From Collinsella sp. (lineage in GTDB: Bacteria > Actinomycetota > Coriobacteriia > Coriobacteriales > Coriobacteriaceae): a stretch of DNA of 64,000 nucleotides. The notes under the pieces were generated by a model. The model did no database searches. It had not been told where the DNA came from and saw nothing but the letters and a program-made list of their open reading frames with translations. Below, one piece after another: positions 17,033 to 27,073 of this stretch (its first letter is position 1; every line of letters begins with the position of its first letter). Both the position numbers and the translations under genes were made by a program. The DNA lies in the NCBI GenBank assembly GCA_046976245.1, contig JBKWEB010000002.1:49522-113521 (forward strand), given 5' to 3'.

Positions 17033-19273
17033 TTAGTCAAACAGACTCGGCATGTCGTTTTCCTTCATGAGGGCACCGGCAGAGGGCAGGCTCTGCGCGG
17101 TGAACTTCTCGGCCGAGACGCCGGCGCCAAGAATCTCCTCGGTCGTGCCGACGGTGGTGACCGAGCGGCCCTTCTTGGCCGTGAAAGCCTGGACGCCCTG
17201 CGTGTTGGTGGTCGTCTTGGTCTTGAGCAGCGACGTGTTGAAGTTCATCAGGCGGTAGTCGCTCGAGACCAGTGCGATGTCGCGGTCTTCCTTGAGCACC
17301 TGGGCATACAGCAGCTTGCTGCCACCGTAGATGGCGTTCTTGAGGCGCTTGCGGTTGGTCTTGGTGACGTATCCGGCAAGTGCGACGCGCACTACGCGGC
17401 CGTTCTCAAAGACAAACAGCACGTCGGCCTTGTAGTCCTCGGGGTCGATGACCCAGATGACACTCTCATCGGGTTCCATCTCAAGATCGGTCGGCAGGTA
17501 CGAGCCCAGCTGGGCCGACTTGGTGTCCTCAAACGCGGCAACCTTGCACTTGTACACCTGGCTCTTGTTGGTAAACACGAGCAGCTCGTGCGTGTTGGAG
17601 GACGGGAACTCGATAAAGGGCTTATCGCCGTCCTTGTACTTGAGCGTAGTGGCCTTCTTGAGCACGCGGTCCGTCATCTTCTTAAGGTAGCCATCGCGCG
17701 AGAGCATGATGGTGACCGGGTACTCCTCGACCTCGGGCTCCAAGCTTACCTCGATAACCTCATGGGGCTCGATCCTACCCGTGCGGCGCGGCATCACATA
17801 CTTCTTGTTGACCGCCGCCAGCTCGTCGCTGATGACCTTCTTAATGTTGTCCTCGCTGGAGAGGATCTCCTCAAGCTCGGCAATCTCACCCTCGAGCTTA
17901 GCGATGTCTTTGGTGCGGTTGAGGATGTACTCCTCGTTGATGTTGCGGAGCTTAAGTTCGGCGACAAACTCGGCCTGGGTCTCGTCGATGTCGAAACCCT
18001 TCATAAGGTTGGGCACGACCTCGGCTTCGAGTTTGGTGCCGCGGATGATGGCGATGGCCTTGTCGATGTCGAGCAGAATTGCCTCGAGGCCGTGCAGAAG
18101 GTGCAGGCGCTCGGACTTTTTGCCCAGGTCAAAGTTAATGCGGCGACGCGTGGACTCAATACGCCACTTGACCCACTCGTGCAGAATCTGGCGCACGCCC
18201 ATAACGCGGGGATAGCCGTCGACCAGCACGTTAAAGTTGCACGAGAACGAATCCTGCAGCGTGGTCGAGCGATAGAGCTTGGCCATGAGCTTGTCGGGGT
18301 CGACGCCGCGCTTAAGGTCGATGGCGATGCGCAAGCCCGAGAGGTCGGTTTCGTCGCGGATGTCTGCGATCTCCTTGACCTTGCCCTCCTTGGAGAGCTT
18401 GACGATGCGTTCGATGATGACATCGGTCTTGGTGGTGTAGGGGATCTCGTAGACCTCGATGATGCGCTCTTCGGGAATCCAGCGCCAGCGGGAGCGGATC
18501 TGGAAGCTGCCAAGGCCGGTCTCGATAATCTTTTCCATCTCCTCGCGGCGGTAGATAATTTCGCCGCCGGTCGAGAAGTCGGGCATGGGCATGTACTCGA
18601 GCAGGTCGCAGTCGGGATCCTGCAGGTAGTGCATGGTGGCGGTGCAGACCTCGTTGAGGTTGAAGCCGCAGATGTCGGATGCCATGGCGACGCCGATGCC
18701 CTTGTTAGCCGAGACGAGGATGTTGGGGAATGTGGTGGGCAGCAGGCGCGGCTCCTTCATGGCGCCGTCGTAGCTGTCGACGAAGTCGACCGGGTCCTTG
18801 TCGATGTCCTTGAAGATCTCGGCGCTGATGGGGGAGAGCTTGGCCTCGGTATAACGCGAGGCGGCGTAGCTCAGATCGCCCGAATAGTACTTGCCAAAGT
18901 TGCCCTTCGACTCAACGAAGGGGGCGAGCAGCGCCTCGTTGCCGGTGGCCAGACGCACCATCGTCTCGTAGATCGCGGCGTCGCCGTGCGGGTTGAGCTT
19001 CATGGTCTGGCCCACGATATTGGCGCTCTTCTGGCGCTCGCCCTTGAGCAGGCCCATCTTGTACATGGTGTAGAGCAGCTTGCGGTGCGAGGGCTTAAAG
19101 CCGTCGATCTCGGGGAACGCACGCGAGACGTTGACGCTCATGGCGTAGGGCATGTAGTTGACCTCGAGCGTCTGCGTGATCGGCTGGTCGGTGACCTCGG
19201 AGTGCAGGCCGATGACGTTCTCGGCGTTGACCTGCTTTTTCTTTGGCTGGTTCTTCGTCTTCTTCTTTGCCAC
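17033..19273 (-). CDS. parC: type IIA topoisomerase subunit A (ParC/GyrA-like) with Lys-rich N-terminal extension
   Basis: 746 aa. MAKKKTKNQPKKKQ..., then YMPYAMSVNVSRAFPEIDGFKPSHRKLLYTMY (active-site region) and LNPHGDAAIYETMVRL. Confidence 0.8.
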   Translation of the reverse strand: MAKKKTKNQPKKKQVNAENVIGLHSEVTDQPITQTLEVNYMPYAMSVNVSRAFPEIDGFKPSHRKLLYTMYKMGLLKGERQKSANIVGQTMKLNPHGDAAIYETMVRLATGNEALLAPFVESKGNFGKYYSGDLSYAASRYTEAKLSPISAEIFKDIDKDPVDFVDSYDGAMKEPRLLPTTFPNILVSANKGIGVAMASDICGFNLNEVCTATMHYLQDPDCDLLEYMPMPDFSTGGEIIYRREEMEKIIETGLGSFQIRSRWRWIPEERIIEVYEIPYTTKTDVIIERIVKLSKEGKVKEIADIRDETDLSGLRIAIDLKRGVDPDKLMAKLYRSTTLQDSFSCNFNVLVDGYPRVMGVRQILHEWVKWRIESTRRRINFDLGKKSERLHLLHGLEAILLDIDKAIAIIRGTKLEAEVVPNLMKGFDIDETQAEFVAELKLRNINEEYILNRTKDIAKLEGEIAELEEILSSEDNIKKVISDELAAVNKKYVMPRRTGRIEPHEVIEVSLEPEVEEYPVTIMLSRDGYLKKMTDRVLKKATTLKYKDGDKPFIEFPSSNTHELLVFTNKSQVYKCKVAAFEDTKSAQLGSYLPTDLEMEPDESVIWVIDPEDYKADVLFVFENGRVVRVALAGYVTKTNRKRLKNAIYGGSKLLYAQVLKEDRDIALVSSDYRLMNFNTSLLKTKTTTNTQGVQAFTAKKGRSVTTVGTTEEILGAGVSAEKFTAQSLPSAGALMKENDMPSLFD

Positions 19274-19318
19274 GATTTCCTCTTGAACTTCTTATGGGCC
19301 GTCGTTATCGATTTGCTG

Positions 19319-21316
19319 CTACTGCAGGTCCAGCTGGTCCAGGTATTCCTTGCCGTGCTCGGAGATATGGCGCTTGCGGCCTGCCTCGTCGTTGCCCAGC
19401 AACAGGTTGAACATAGTTTCCATCTTGGTGACGTCCTCGGGCTCCACCTTGATCAGACGACGCGTCTCGGGGTTCATGGTAGTGAGCCACATCATGTCCG
19501 GATCGTTCTCACCAAGACCCTTGGAGCGGTTGATGGAACACTTCTGGTCGCCGATCTCCTTGAGGATGCCGTTCTTCTCGAGCTCGGTGTAGGCAAAGTA
19601 GGTCTTCTCTTTGCAGTTGATCTCGTAGAGCGGCGACTCGGCGATATACACGTAGCCTTCGTCGATAAGCGTGGGCACCAGGCGGTAGAGCATGGTGAGC
19701 ACGAGCGTGCGGATGTGATAACCGTCGACGTCGGCGTCCGTACAGATGATGACCTTGTTCCAGTTGAGGTTGTCCAGGTCAAAGGCGCCGAGGTTCTTGA
19801 TACGCTTGTCCTTGATCTCCACGCCGCAGCCCAGCACGCGCATGAGGTCCATGATGATGTCGGACTTAAAGATGCGCGGATAGTCTTCCTTCAGGCAGTT
19901 GAGGATCTTGCCGCGAACGGGCATAACGCCCTGGAACTCGGCATCGCGCGAGGTGCGAATGGCGCCTGCTGCCGAGTCGCCCTCTACGATGTAGATCTCG
20001 CGACGGCTCTTGTCCTTGGAGCGGCAGTCGATGAACTTCTGCACGCGGTTGGCCATGTCGGTCTTTTGCTGCAGGTTGGTCTTGATGCTCTGGCGCGTCT
20101 TCTCGGCATTCTCGCGCGAGCGCTTGTTGATGAGCACCTGCTCCATGATCTTGTTGGCGGCGTCCTTGTTTTCGATCAAGTAGGTCGAGAGACGCTCCTT
20201 AAAGAAGGCAGTCATGGCCTGCTGGATAAAGCGGTTATTGATGGCCTTCTTGGTCTGGTTTTCGTAGGACGTTTGGGTGGAGAAGCAGTTGGTCACAAGC
20301 ACCAGGCAGTCTTGGACGTCTTGCCACTTAATGCCGCTCTCGTTTTTGTTGTATTTGCCCTGTTGCTTAATGTAAGCATCGATGGCGCTGGTGAGGGCGC
20401 TGCGGGCAGCCTTCTCGGGCGAGCCGCCGTTCTCGAGCCACGATGAGTTGTGGTAGTACTCCTGCATCATGAAGGTGCGCGAGAAGCACATGCATGCGGT
20501 AATCTTGACGTTGTAGTCGGGCAGGTCCTCGCGATCGCGACCGCGACGGTCGGCCTCGATAAAGAAAGGCTCGGTGAGGTAGTCGGCAGCGACCTTCTCG
20601 AGCACGTAGTCCTCGATGCCTTTGGGATAGCAGAAGTCCTCTTCGGAAAACTCGCCATCGTCGCCCTCGATGCGCAGGCGGAAGGTCACGTTGGCGTTGA
20701 CCACGGCCTGGCGTCGCATAGTCTCGCGATACCAATCGTGGGGGATGCTGATGGAAGTAAAGACCTCAAGGTCGGGGCGCCACTTGATAGTGGTGCCAGT
20801 GCGTCCCTCGTCGCTGGGCTCAATCTCGAGTGCCTTCTTTTTGGCGCCGACGACCTTGCCCTTCTTAAAGTGCAGGGAGTATTTGTTGCCATCGCGCCAG
20901 ACCGTGACATCCATGTATTCGGAGGCGTATTGGGTCGCGCACGAGCCCAGGCCGTTGGTGCCGAGCGAGAAGTCGTAGTCACCGCCCTGGTTGTTGTTGT
21001 ATTTGCCGCCGGCATAGAGCTCGCAAAAGACGAGTTCCCAGTTAAAGCGCTTCTCGGAGGGGTTCCAGTCGAGCGGGCAGCCACGGCCGTTGTCCTCTAC
21101 CTGAATGGAACCATCGCGAAAGGCGGTAAGGGTGATGAGCTTGCCGTAGCCCTGGCGCGCCTCGTCAACGGCGTTTGACAGGATCTCGAAGGCGGCATGC
21201 GCGCAACCGTCGAGCCCGTCCGAGCCAAAGATGACGGCGGGGCGCAGGCGTACGCGCTCCTCGTCCTTGAGCTGGCGGATACTGTCGTTACCATAGTTTG
21301 CGGTGTTTTTTGCCAT
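19319..21316 (-). CDS. parE: type IIA topoisomerase subunit B (ParE/GyrB-like)
   Basis: 665 aa. LRPAVIFGS, ILSNAVDEA (GHKL ATPase), EIYIVEGDSAAG (Toprim), ICTDADVDGYHI. Confidence 0.85.
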   Translation of the reverse strand: MAKNTANYGNDSIRQLKDEERVRLRPAVIFGSDGLDGCAHAAFEILSNAVDEARQGYGKLITLTAFRDGSIQVEDNGRGCPLDWNPSEKRFNWELVFCELYAGGKYNNNQGGDYDFSLGTNGLGSCATQYASEYMDVTVWRDGNKYSLHFKKGKVVGAKKKALEIEPSDEGRTGTTIKWRPDLEVFTSISIPHDWYRETMRRQAVVNANVTFRLRIEGDDGEFSEEDFCYPKGIEDYVLEKVAADYLTEPFFIEADRRGRDREDLPDYNVKITACMCFSRTFMMQEYYHNSSWLENGGSPEKAARSALTSAIDAYIKQQGKYNKNESGIKWQDVQDCLVLVTNCFSTQTSYENQTKKAINNRFIQQAMTAFFKERLSTYLIENKDAANKIMEQVLINKRSRENAEKTRQSIKTNLQQKTDMANRVQKFIDCRSKDKSRREIYIVEGDSAAGAIRTSRDAEFQGVMPVRGKILNCLKEDYPRIFKSDIIMDLMRVLGCGVEIKDKRIKNLGAFDLDNLNWNKVIICTDADVDGYHIRTLVLTMLYRLVPTLIDEGYVYIAESPLYEINCKEKTYFAYTELEKNGILKEIGDQKCSINRSKGLGENDPDMMWLTTMNPETRRLIKVEPEDVTKMETMFNLLLGNDEAGRKRHISEHGKEYLDQLDLQ

Positions 21317-21558
21317 ACTCGCTCTCTCGGTGCTCCTTTGCTGCGTTTAAGTCATGTAGATAGTCAAGGTAGCATAGCCCAGCCCGTGGGCGATTCCAAC
21401 CAACACGAAATCCATCGAACAATCGTTCGGAGTTCGATGGAGATTCGTTTACTCGGACAAAACCGAGTCGGTTCTGTCCGAGTAAGTTTGAATAGTGAAC
21501 CGAAGTTGTAATGTCCGCATGGCGATGACGAACATGGTTTCCATAATGACAGATATAG

Positions 21559-21587
21559 TTGACATCCTTTGATGGATGCAATATATT
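21559..21587 (+). promoter_or_regulatory. sigma-70-type promoter for the XRE gene
   Basis: TTGACA, 17-nt spacer, TATATT. Flanked by inverted ATGACAGA / TCTGTCAT motifs. Confidence 0.6.
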
Positions 21588-21635
21588 TCTGTCATGTTGC
21601 AACGGATATCTGTCCATTACTACGAAAGGAACTCC

Positions 21636-21866
21636 ATGCCGGGCAAAAAGAACCTCCGCATGAAGGCGGCGCGCGCGGCGGCTGGCCTTTCGCAAGCCGA
21701 CTTGGCCCAGGCCGTGGGCGTTACGCGCCAGACCATTGGCCTGATCGAGGCGGGCGGCTACAACCCCACGCTCAATCTGTGCGTGGCAATCTGTAAAGCG
21801 CTACGCGTTACGTTGAACGACTTGTTTTGGGAAGACGAAACCGACGCCGACCCTAATACTCTTTAG
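21636..21866 (+). CDS. XRE-family HTH transcriptional regulator (YozG-like small repressor)
   Basis: Start MPGKKNLRMKAARAAAGLSQADLAQAVGVTRQTIGLIEAGGYNPTLNLCVAICKAL. AAAGGA RBS. Confidence 0.8.
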   Translation: MPGKKNLRMKAARAAAGLSQADLAQAVGVTRQTIGLIEAGGYNPTLNLCVAICKALRVTLNDLFWEDETDADPNTL

Positions 21867-21875
21867 GAGTTCACT

Positions 21876-22460
21876 ATGAAATTTGAAGATCTGAAACTCG
21901 TGCAAAAGTGGCGTGAATATGCCGGCCCAAAGGATGAGCGCCTGGAGGCTGAGAGCGCGAAAGTCTACAAGATTGGTTTCGTGCTGCTTTCGTTTGGCAT
22001 GTTGATGATCTTTTTCTACCAGTTTATAGCTCGACAGGTTGCGTGGGTTCACAGCGACGCCAGTGAAATGCCGCATGGCTTTGCAACGCCGTTTGAGGCA
22101 GCCATGTATTTGTGGCTCGTTCTCGTGATGTTGATTTGCGCAGGACTGCAAACGCGGAAGGGCTATGTCGATACCAATCGTTTTGGGCAAACCGAGCATC
22201 TTCCTGTTGGATATTTCCTGCTTGTCAGCGGTCTTAGCGGCGCCGCGTTCGCGCTTGTTATTGCCGCAATGCGCTGTATCGCTGAGGCGCAGATCGTACC
22301 GCTCGAAAGCGTCTTTTGGTTGGCGAACCTGGCCACGGGCGTGTTCTGCGGTGCGACGATTTTCGCGGCCACGTTTGCTGCCCTGTGCGCAACGTTTTTC
22401 ACGGCGAAAAGACGCCGTGCCAAGCTCGAGGCAGAACTCGACTCCTCTGACGACATCTAA
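21876..22460 (+). CDS. multi-pass membrane protein co-transcribed with the XRE regulator
   Basis: 194 aa with four hydrophobic segments. Starts 9 nt after the regulator gene stop. Confidence 0.6.
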   Translation: MKFEDLKLVQKWREYAGPKDERLEAESAKVYKIGFVLLSFGMLMIFFYQFIARQVAWVHSDASEMPHGFATPFEAAMYLWLVLVMLICAGLQTRKGYVDTNRFGQTEHLPVGYFLLVSGLSGAAFALVIAAMRCIAEAQIVPLESVFWLANLATGVFCGATIFAATFAALCATFFTAKRRRAKLEAELDSSDDI

Positions 22461-22465
22461 TGCGT

Positions 22466-22503
22466 AATGGGCCGGCTCTGGGTATCCAGAACCAGCCCAT
22501 TTT
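22466..22503 (+). terminator. terminator hairpin between convergent genes
   Basis: AATGGGCCGGCTCTGG / CCAGAACCAGCCCATT arms (two wobble or mismatched pairs), then TTT. Confidence 0.55.
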
Positions 22504-22550
22504 GATGTTCGATGAGCCGAGTCGGCGCCTCTCACAAAAGTAACTAGGAG

Positions 22551-25500
22551 CTAGCGAGGCCTATCCGAATTGGCCTCATTGGCGGTGTCGATCTCGAGCG
22601 CCGTGCGGCGGGCACTGTAGGCGACGAGGCCGGCGCCTGCCGCTGCGAGTGCTGCAGCGGCTGCCGTGAGGGGAGCGTTGGCATCGCCCGTGCCCGCAAG
22701 CGCGCCCGCTTTTCCGGAGCGCTTGTTATTGCCGTGGTCCTTGCCACTGCCGGAGCTGCTTCCGCCGGAGCCGCCGCCCCCGTCAGTACCGCCGCCACTT
22801 GAACCACCATCGCCGTCCGCCGTCATCGGGGCGTCGTGAAGCCCTGTGGCGTCCGCGCTGTCGCATACGCCGACCTGAACTTCTGAGCGTTCGCATGCCG
22901 CGTCGGGCACGTGGAGCTCGTGCAGTACAGCACCCAGCGCCGAGTTCGCGCCCGGTCGAATTTCTTCGAGCGTTACGGGATCGAGCGCCACCAGATTACG
23001 CGCCTTCGCATACAGCGTTACGCGTTTGCCCACTTCGTCGCTCCAACTCTCGGGGATGGCGAAGCTCATACGGAACTGTGCCGTGCAACCCGGTGCCAGC
23101 ACGGCGTTGCCGTTGTCGGCTACCAGCGGGTGCGTTGCAAAACGTGCGCCCGGCGTCTCGAGCGCGTACTTCACGTGTGCCGTGTCGTTGGCCGAAGCGT
23201 CCTCGGCAAGCTCTGGATCGTAGATCGAAGCCATGCGTGCGTTCACTCCGAATCCGATGGATGCGCTGGAGAACGGCTGGCTGGAGCCCTCTCGGTACAG
23301 ATCGATCGTGCCGGCGGTCAGTAAGGTGTTGCCGTCGTTTCGCACCGTGACCATGAAGGATTCGCCTGCTGCTCCGGGCACCACCGCACCCGAGGTAGCA
23401 ACGGCGCCCGTCGGAGTGGCACACGCCACCAAGGGCACTTCGATGTCGTGCAGCTCTGCCTCGCTCTTCTCCGCGCTCACAATGTGCGTGGCGAGCGCGG
23501 AGAGCATGCCTCCCGACGTCAAAAATGTCGTTATCTGATCGACGGGATGGTCCAGCTCGCACATCACAAACGGCTCCGTGAACAGATCGCCCGCCAAGGT
23601 GCTGGCGAAGATGCGGAAGTGCTTGCCCATCACTGCAACCGGGTTGCCTTCTTCGTCGTAGGTTTGTCCCACCTTGCCATCGGTGTTCTCTACATAGAGC
23701 ACGCACCTGCCGTTGTTGCTTACGCTAAACGATGCCGGGCCACAGCCTGCGGCACCCACGGGCTGCGTTGCAAATGCCGATGCGCCTCGCGTCCACGTAA
23801 CATGCTGCAGCTGCTCGTTGACAGTTGCCAAAAAGCCCGTGTGCTGCGGCCACGGCACCACGCGCGGCACCGAGGCATCCGGCGACATGACGCCCCAGCC
23901 CGCAATGGACTGACCGATGACGGCGTACGATGCGCAACCGCAGCCGTCTGCGGTCTCGTATGCAACGGGCACCACCATTTTGCCGTTGATATTCTCGGGC
24001 GCGCCCAGCTCGATACTCGACGGTGCTTGCGGAAAGCGGAGAACTTGGCGGAACGTCAGGCTGTCGCCCGACAGATCCGACCACAGGGTAAAGCACTCGA
24101 GCGCGACTTCTGCCTCGGTGCCCAACGCCTTCTCGGCGGTGGCTCCGCGGCGATGGAGATAGGCGCCCGACAGACGTCCGTCGACAAGCGTCTTGCCCAC
24201 TGTGATACGCGGACATTGCAGGCAATGGTAGCCGTCCTCCTGCAGGCGGCCGCGCGAGATGCTTCGCCATGACGTGTGCGATATCACGCGAACTTCGCTA
24301 TTACTTATGTGCAGGCGCACAACGGACAGTATGCCGGCTGTGCTTGCCGTATCGAACCGGGTTGCGTCGCCTTCGGGGCGCTCTCCCGAGACCAGCAGCA
24401 CGTAGGCGTCCGTGCGCCCCGCGCCGTCCGTATATTCCACCACGTCGAAGTCGTAATCGAACGTGTCGTTGCGCTCCACGTCGCCCTCGCCAAACCCAAG
24501 GGGGAAGTCGACCGGCATAGGTGCGGACCACGCGCCGTTTGCCTTCGTGTGTACCACCAGACGCGAACGGCCATCCTCGCCGTAGCGAACCGAAGCGATG
24601 CGGAACAGGCATTCTACGCCGGCAATCATTGCCAGCTTCATGTGGGCTTCGCTGAGCACGCCAGCAAACAGCACGTTGTCGCTCGAGGGCTTGATGCCGC
24701 CGCGTTCGTCCTCCGACACGCCGGCAGAATTGGCGTTCGGGTCCGCAATGGCGTCCCTCGCCTGCCTGATGTAGGTGTACTCATACATCGGCGCGGCGTT
24801 TTCGTCGTTCTCTATCAGTGCGTGGACGAAATGCTCGATCTGTCCCGTGTCGTCGCTTTCTGCATCCGCCTCGAGCTCAATGCGCGTGACCGACCGGTCC
24901 CAATCGCGTACGGTAGGCGCGACATTCCTTGCAGTGGCTTTAACCTCGGCGCGCGCGAGCAGCTCGGCGTTGGTGACAATGGTGGCCGATGCGATAAATT
25001 GCGGAACGCCGCCCGCCTCGGCGTTGCCGGCTGAGCCGAAGCAGGCATCTAGTGTATAGGGCGTATCTCCACCCAATGCGAGCTCAGAGCGCTGGAGTAC
25101 ATACTGGTCGCCGTTGTTCACCGACATATTCCACGAATCGAGGAGTGTGGGCCACGACCCCGACCAAGCCTTGGTGGTCCACTTGAACATCACGAACTGG
25201 AGTATCACATCGACATCGACGTCTGCACCTACGCGCAGTCGCGGAAGCTGGTGTCCATCAGCCTTCTCGTACCCAATGAACAGCGTGAGGGATGCGGCGC
25301 CGCGCACGGCGGACGAAGCGACGCCTGCAACACCGGCGCCAAAGGTGACGGCAAGCCCGATTTGGATGGTGAACGAGCCCGACGTGTTTGAATAGTCGAG
25401 CGAAATGTTTTTAAAAAACGCCGCGCCGCTGCCGTGCGTGTGGGCACCCACGGCGAGCGCCAGTTTTGCCAGCACCCAGGGGTTGACGTTTAGGAAAAAT

Positions 25501-26918
25501 GGCACCGGTCCTAGGGTAAACTGCTCGGTCCAATTGAGGTCGGTTCTTACCTGGAAGAGGGCCTTAATATTGCCGTATGCGGGGTCGTTGTTGTTACCCC
25601 AGGTTTTGCCCACCCAATCGTAGGCGAGCGAGCCGTACAGCTGTGTGGCGATATCCATCGTGAACAGCGGCGTGCAATGGTGGCGAAGGAGCTTGGTGTT
25701 TCTTGGATCGGTGCCCGAACCGGCACTCATCCTCTTGTACTGATTCCACTTCCCCTCCATCTCGTCGAGGTAGCGGTTTGCCTGCTTGGCGCCCGACTCG
25801 CGCGGCGATTTCTTCCAGTATTCCGGATCAGGGTTGCCCGAATCGTTCATATAGCTAGCTGGTTTGTACCCTCCGCCAAACAGCACGTATCCAGCAAACG
25901 AGAAATCGAACAGAATGGGAAATGTGGGCATCCAGCACGTGAACTTATTGCCGCCGATACCGGGAAACGCCGCGGGGAAATCAAACGGAGTGATCTCTTG
26001 GTCCATGGTGGTGGGAATGATGGTGGTCGAGCCCGATTCCGCCTTTGCGGCCGGCGCGGTGACAACGGCCATAGGGGATGAGAGCGTGTAGGTTTTGCCC
26101 TGGTAGTCGAGCATAAAGCGCAGCTTGCACCCTTCCTCCAGAAGGCCCGAAGCTGCATCGAGGAACGTGTCTTCGAGCGTGAACGTCGCCAGATTATCCG
26201 CGCCCGATGCGCTGGCCTTGATCTGGCCGATCTGCGTGACGGTTTCGGTTGAGCTGCCCGCAGAGGGCATCACTTTATTGATATGCAACGTTGCCTGCCC
26301 GCCCTGCGGCAGATGAGCCTGCACGGTAAAAGCGTGCGTGTCGGGCTGGTCGTTTGCTGCTTCGTCCGCTGGCATTGCCATAAACGTGGCGTCGGCGTAC
26401 TGGATGTCCCATTCGTCGAACGTGAGCTGTCGAAAGTACGGCTCGCCATCGGAGAGCGGACGTGTGGGTGCGGTAATAGCGGTGCCGCCCTGGATACGCG
26501 CAAGGGGAATCTCGACATCGCGGTAGCCTGCCATGCTAATGGAGATGCCGCCGTTAAAGTCGTACGCGTCGAGAAGCGTTGCCTCGTCCACGTAGCCTTC
26601 TGAAAGAGGGGCGACCTCAAAGATGGCCGTGCCTTCGGCATCGGTCGTGGCGGTGAGCTGCTTGCCTGCGGCATAGCGCGATATGAGCGTGACCTGGGCA
26701 CCCGTGATGGGCGTATTCTTGTTGGCGACGTCGACCACGACCACACCAAACATGGTGCGCGAGAGCACCAAGACCTTGAAGGGATCATCTTCGTCGGCGT
26801 ATGCCTCGGCGGGGGCGAACGGCAATATGAAGGCGTTTGCGCTTCCCGGCACGCGCGGCAACATAATGCTCGCCAGCGAGGACGCTCCGGCAACAAGTAA
26901 CGAACGGCGATCAAGCAT
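22551..26918 (-). CDS. very large secreted cell-wall-anchored protein (twin-arginine-like signal, LAxTG sortase signal); function unknown
   Basis: Preferred start ATG at 26918 (GGGAG RBS): MLDRRSLLVAGASSLASIMLPRVPGSANA. C-terminus has a Gly/Ser linker, LAGTG, a hydrophobic stretch APLTAAAAALAAAGAGLVAYSA and RR. An N-proximal CarboxypepD_reg-like beta segment (TGAQVTLISRY...TDAEGTAIFEV) is the only fold I can suggest. Confidence 0.7.
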   Translation of the reverse strand: MLDRRSLLVAGASSLASIMLPRVPGSANAFILPFAPAEAYADEDDPFKVLVLSRTMFGVVVVDVANKNTPITGAQVTLISRYAAGKQLTATTDAEGTAIFEVAPLSEGYVDEATLLDAYDFNGGISISMAGYRDVEIPLARIQGGTAITAPTRPLSDGEPYFRQLTFDEWDIQYADATFMAMPADEAANDQPDTHAFTVQAHLPQGGQATLHINKVMPSAGSSTETVTQIGQIKASASGADNLATFTLEDTFLDAASGLLEEGCKLRFMLDYQGKTYTLSSPMAVVTAPAAKAESGSTTIIPTTMDQEITPFDFPAAFPGIGGNKFTCWMPTFPILFDFSFAGYVLFGGGYKPASYMNDSGNPDPEYWKKSPRESGAKQANRYLDEMEGKWNQYKRMSAGSGTDPRNTKLLRHHCTPLFTMDIATQLYGSLAYDWVGKTWGNNNDPAYGNIKALFQVRTDLNWTEQFTLGPVPFFLNVNPWVLAKLALAVGAHTHGSGAAFFKNISLDYSNTSGSFTIQIGLAVTFGAGVAGVASSAVRGAASLTLFIGYEKADGHQLPRLRVGADVDVDVILQFVMFKWTTKAWSGSWPTLLDSWNMSVNNGDQYVLQRSELALGGDTPYTLDACFGSAGNAEAGGVPQFIASATIVTNAELLARAEVKATARNVAPTVRDWDRSVTRIELEADAESDDTGQIEHFVHALIENDENAAPMYEYTYIRQARDAIADPNANSAGVSEDERGGIKPSSDNVLFAGVLSEAHMKLAMIAGVECLFRIASVRYGEDGRSRLVVHTKANGAWSAPMPVDFPLGFGEGDVERNDTFDYDFDVVEYTDGAGRTDAYVLLVSGERPEGDATRFDTASTAGILSVVRLHISNSEVRVISHTSWRSISRGRLQEDGYHCLQCPRITVGKTLVDGRLSGAYLHRRGATAEKALGTEAEVALECFTLWSDLSGDSLTFRQVLRFPQAPSSIELGAPENINGKMVVPVAYETADGCGCASYAVIGQSIAGWGVMSPDASVPRVVPWPQHTGFLATVNEQLQHVTWTRGASAFATQPVGAAGCGPASFSVSNNGRCVLYVENTDGKVGQTYDEEGNPVAVMGKHFRIFASTLAGDLFTEPFVMCELDHPVDQITTFLTSGGMLSALATHIVSAEKSEAELHDIEVPLVACATPTGAVATSGAVVPGAAGESFMVTVRNDGNTLLTAGTIDLYREGSSQPFSSASIGFGVNARMASIYDPELAEDASANDTAHVKYALETPGARFATHPLVADNGNAVLAPGCTAQFRMSFAIPESWSDEVGKRVTLYAKARNLVALDPVTLEEIRPGANSALGAVLHELHVPDAACERSEVQVGVCDSADATGLHDAPMTADGDGGSSGGGTDGGGGSGGSSSGSGKDHGNNKRSGKAGALAGTGDANAPLTAAAAALAAAGAGLVAYSARRTALEIDTANEANSDRPR

Positions 26919-27073
26919 CTTTGGCTCCCATCCCGCAAATATCGGTGGAAATACTCTAATTTTGCGAGAAGTAACCCTGCGACGGTAGTGCCGTTCGAGG
27001 ACCAAAATGTCCAATTTGAGCGAGCGAAGCGCCGGGTTACGGAACGCGTTCGATGCGCTTGGCAGTCCGGTCG

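Noticed and set aside
16886-20446. 1186-aa ORF on the + strand spanning both topoisomerase genes and their intergenic gap
   Set aside because: It is exactly antisense to parC and parE, which carry unmistakable topoisomerase motifs. Its translation is low-complexity (L/V/G/A/D/H-rich) with no motifs. Long stop-free antisense frames are expected when the sense genes avoid TTA, CTA and TCA codons at about 60% GC.
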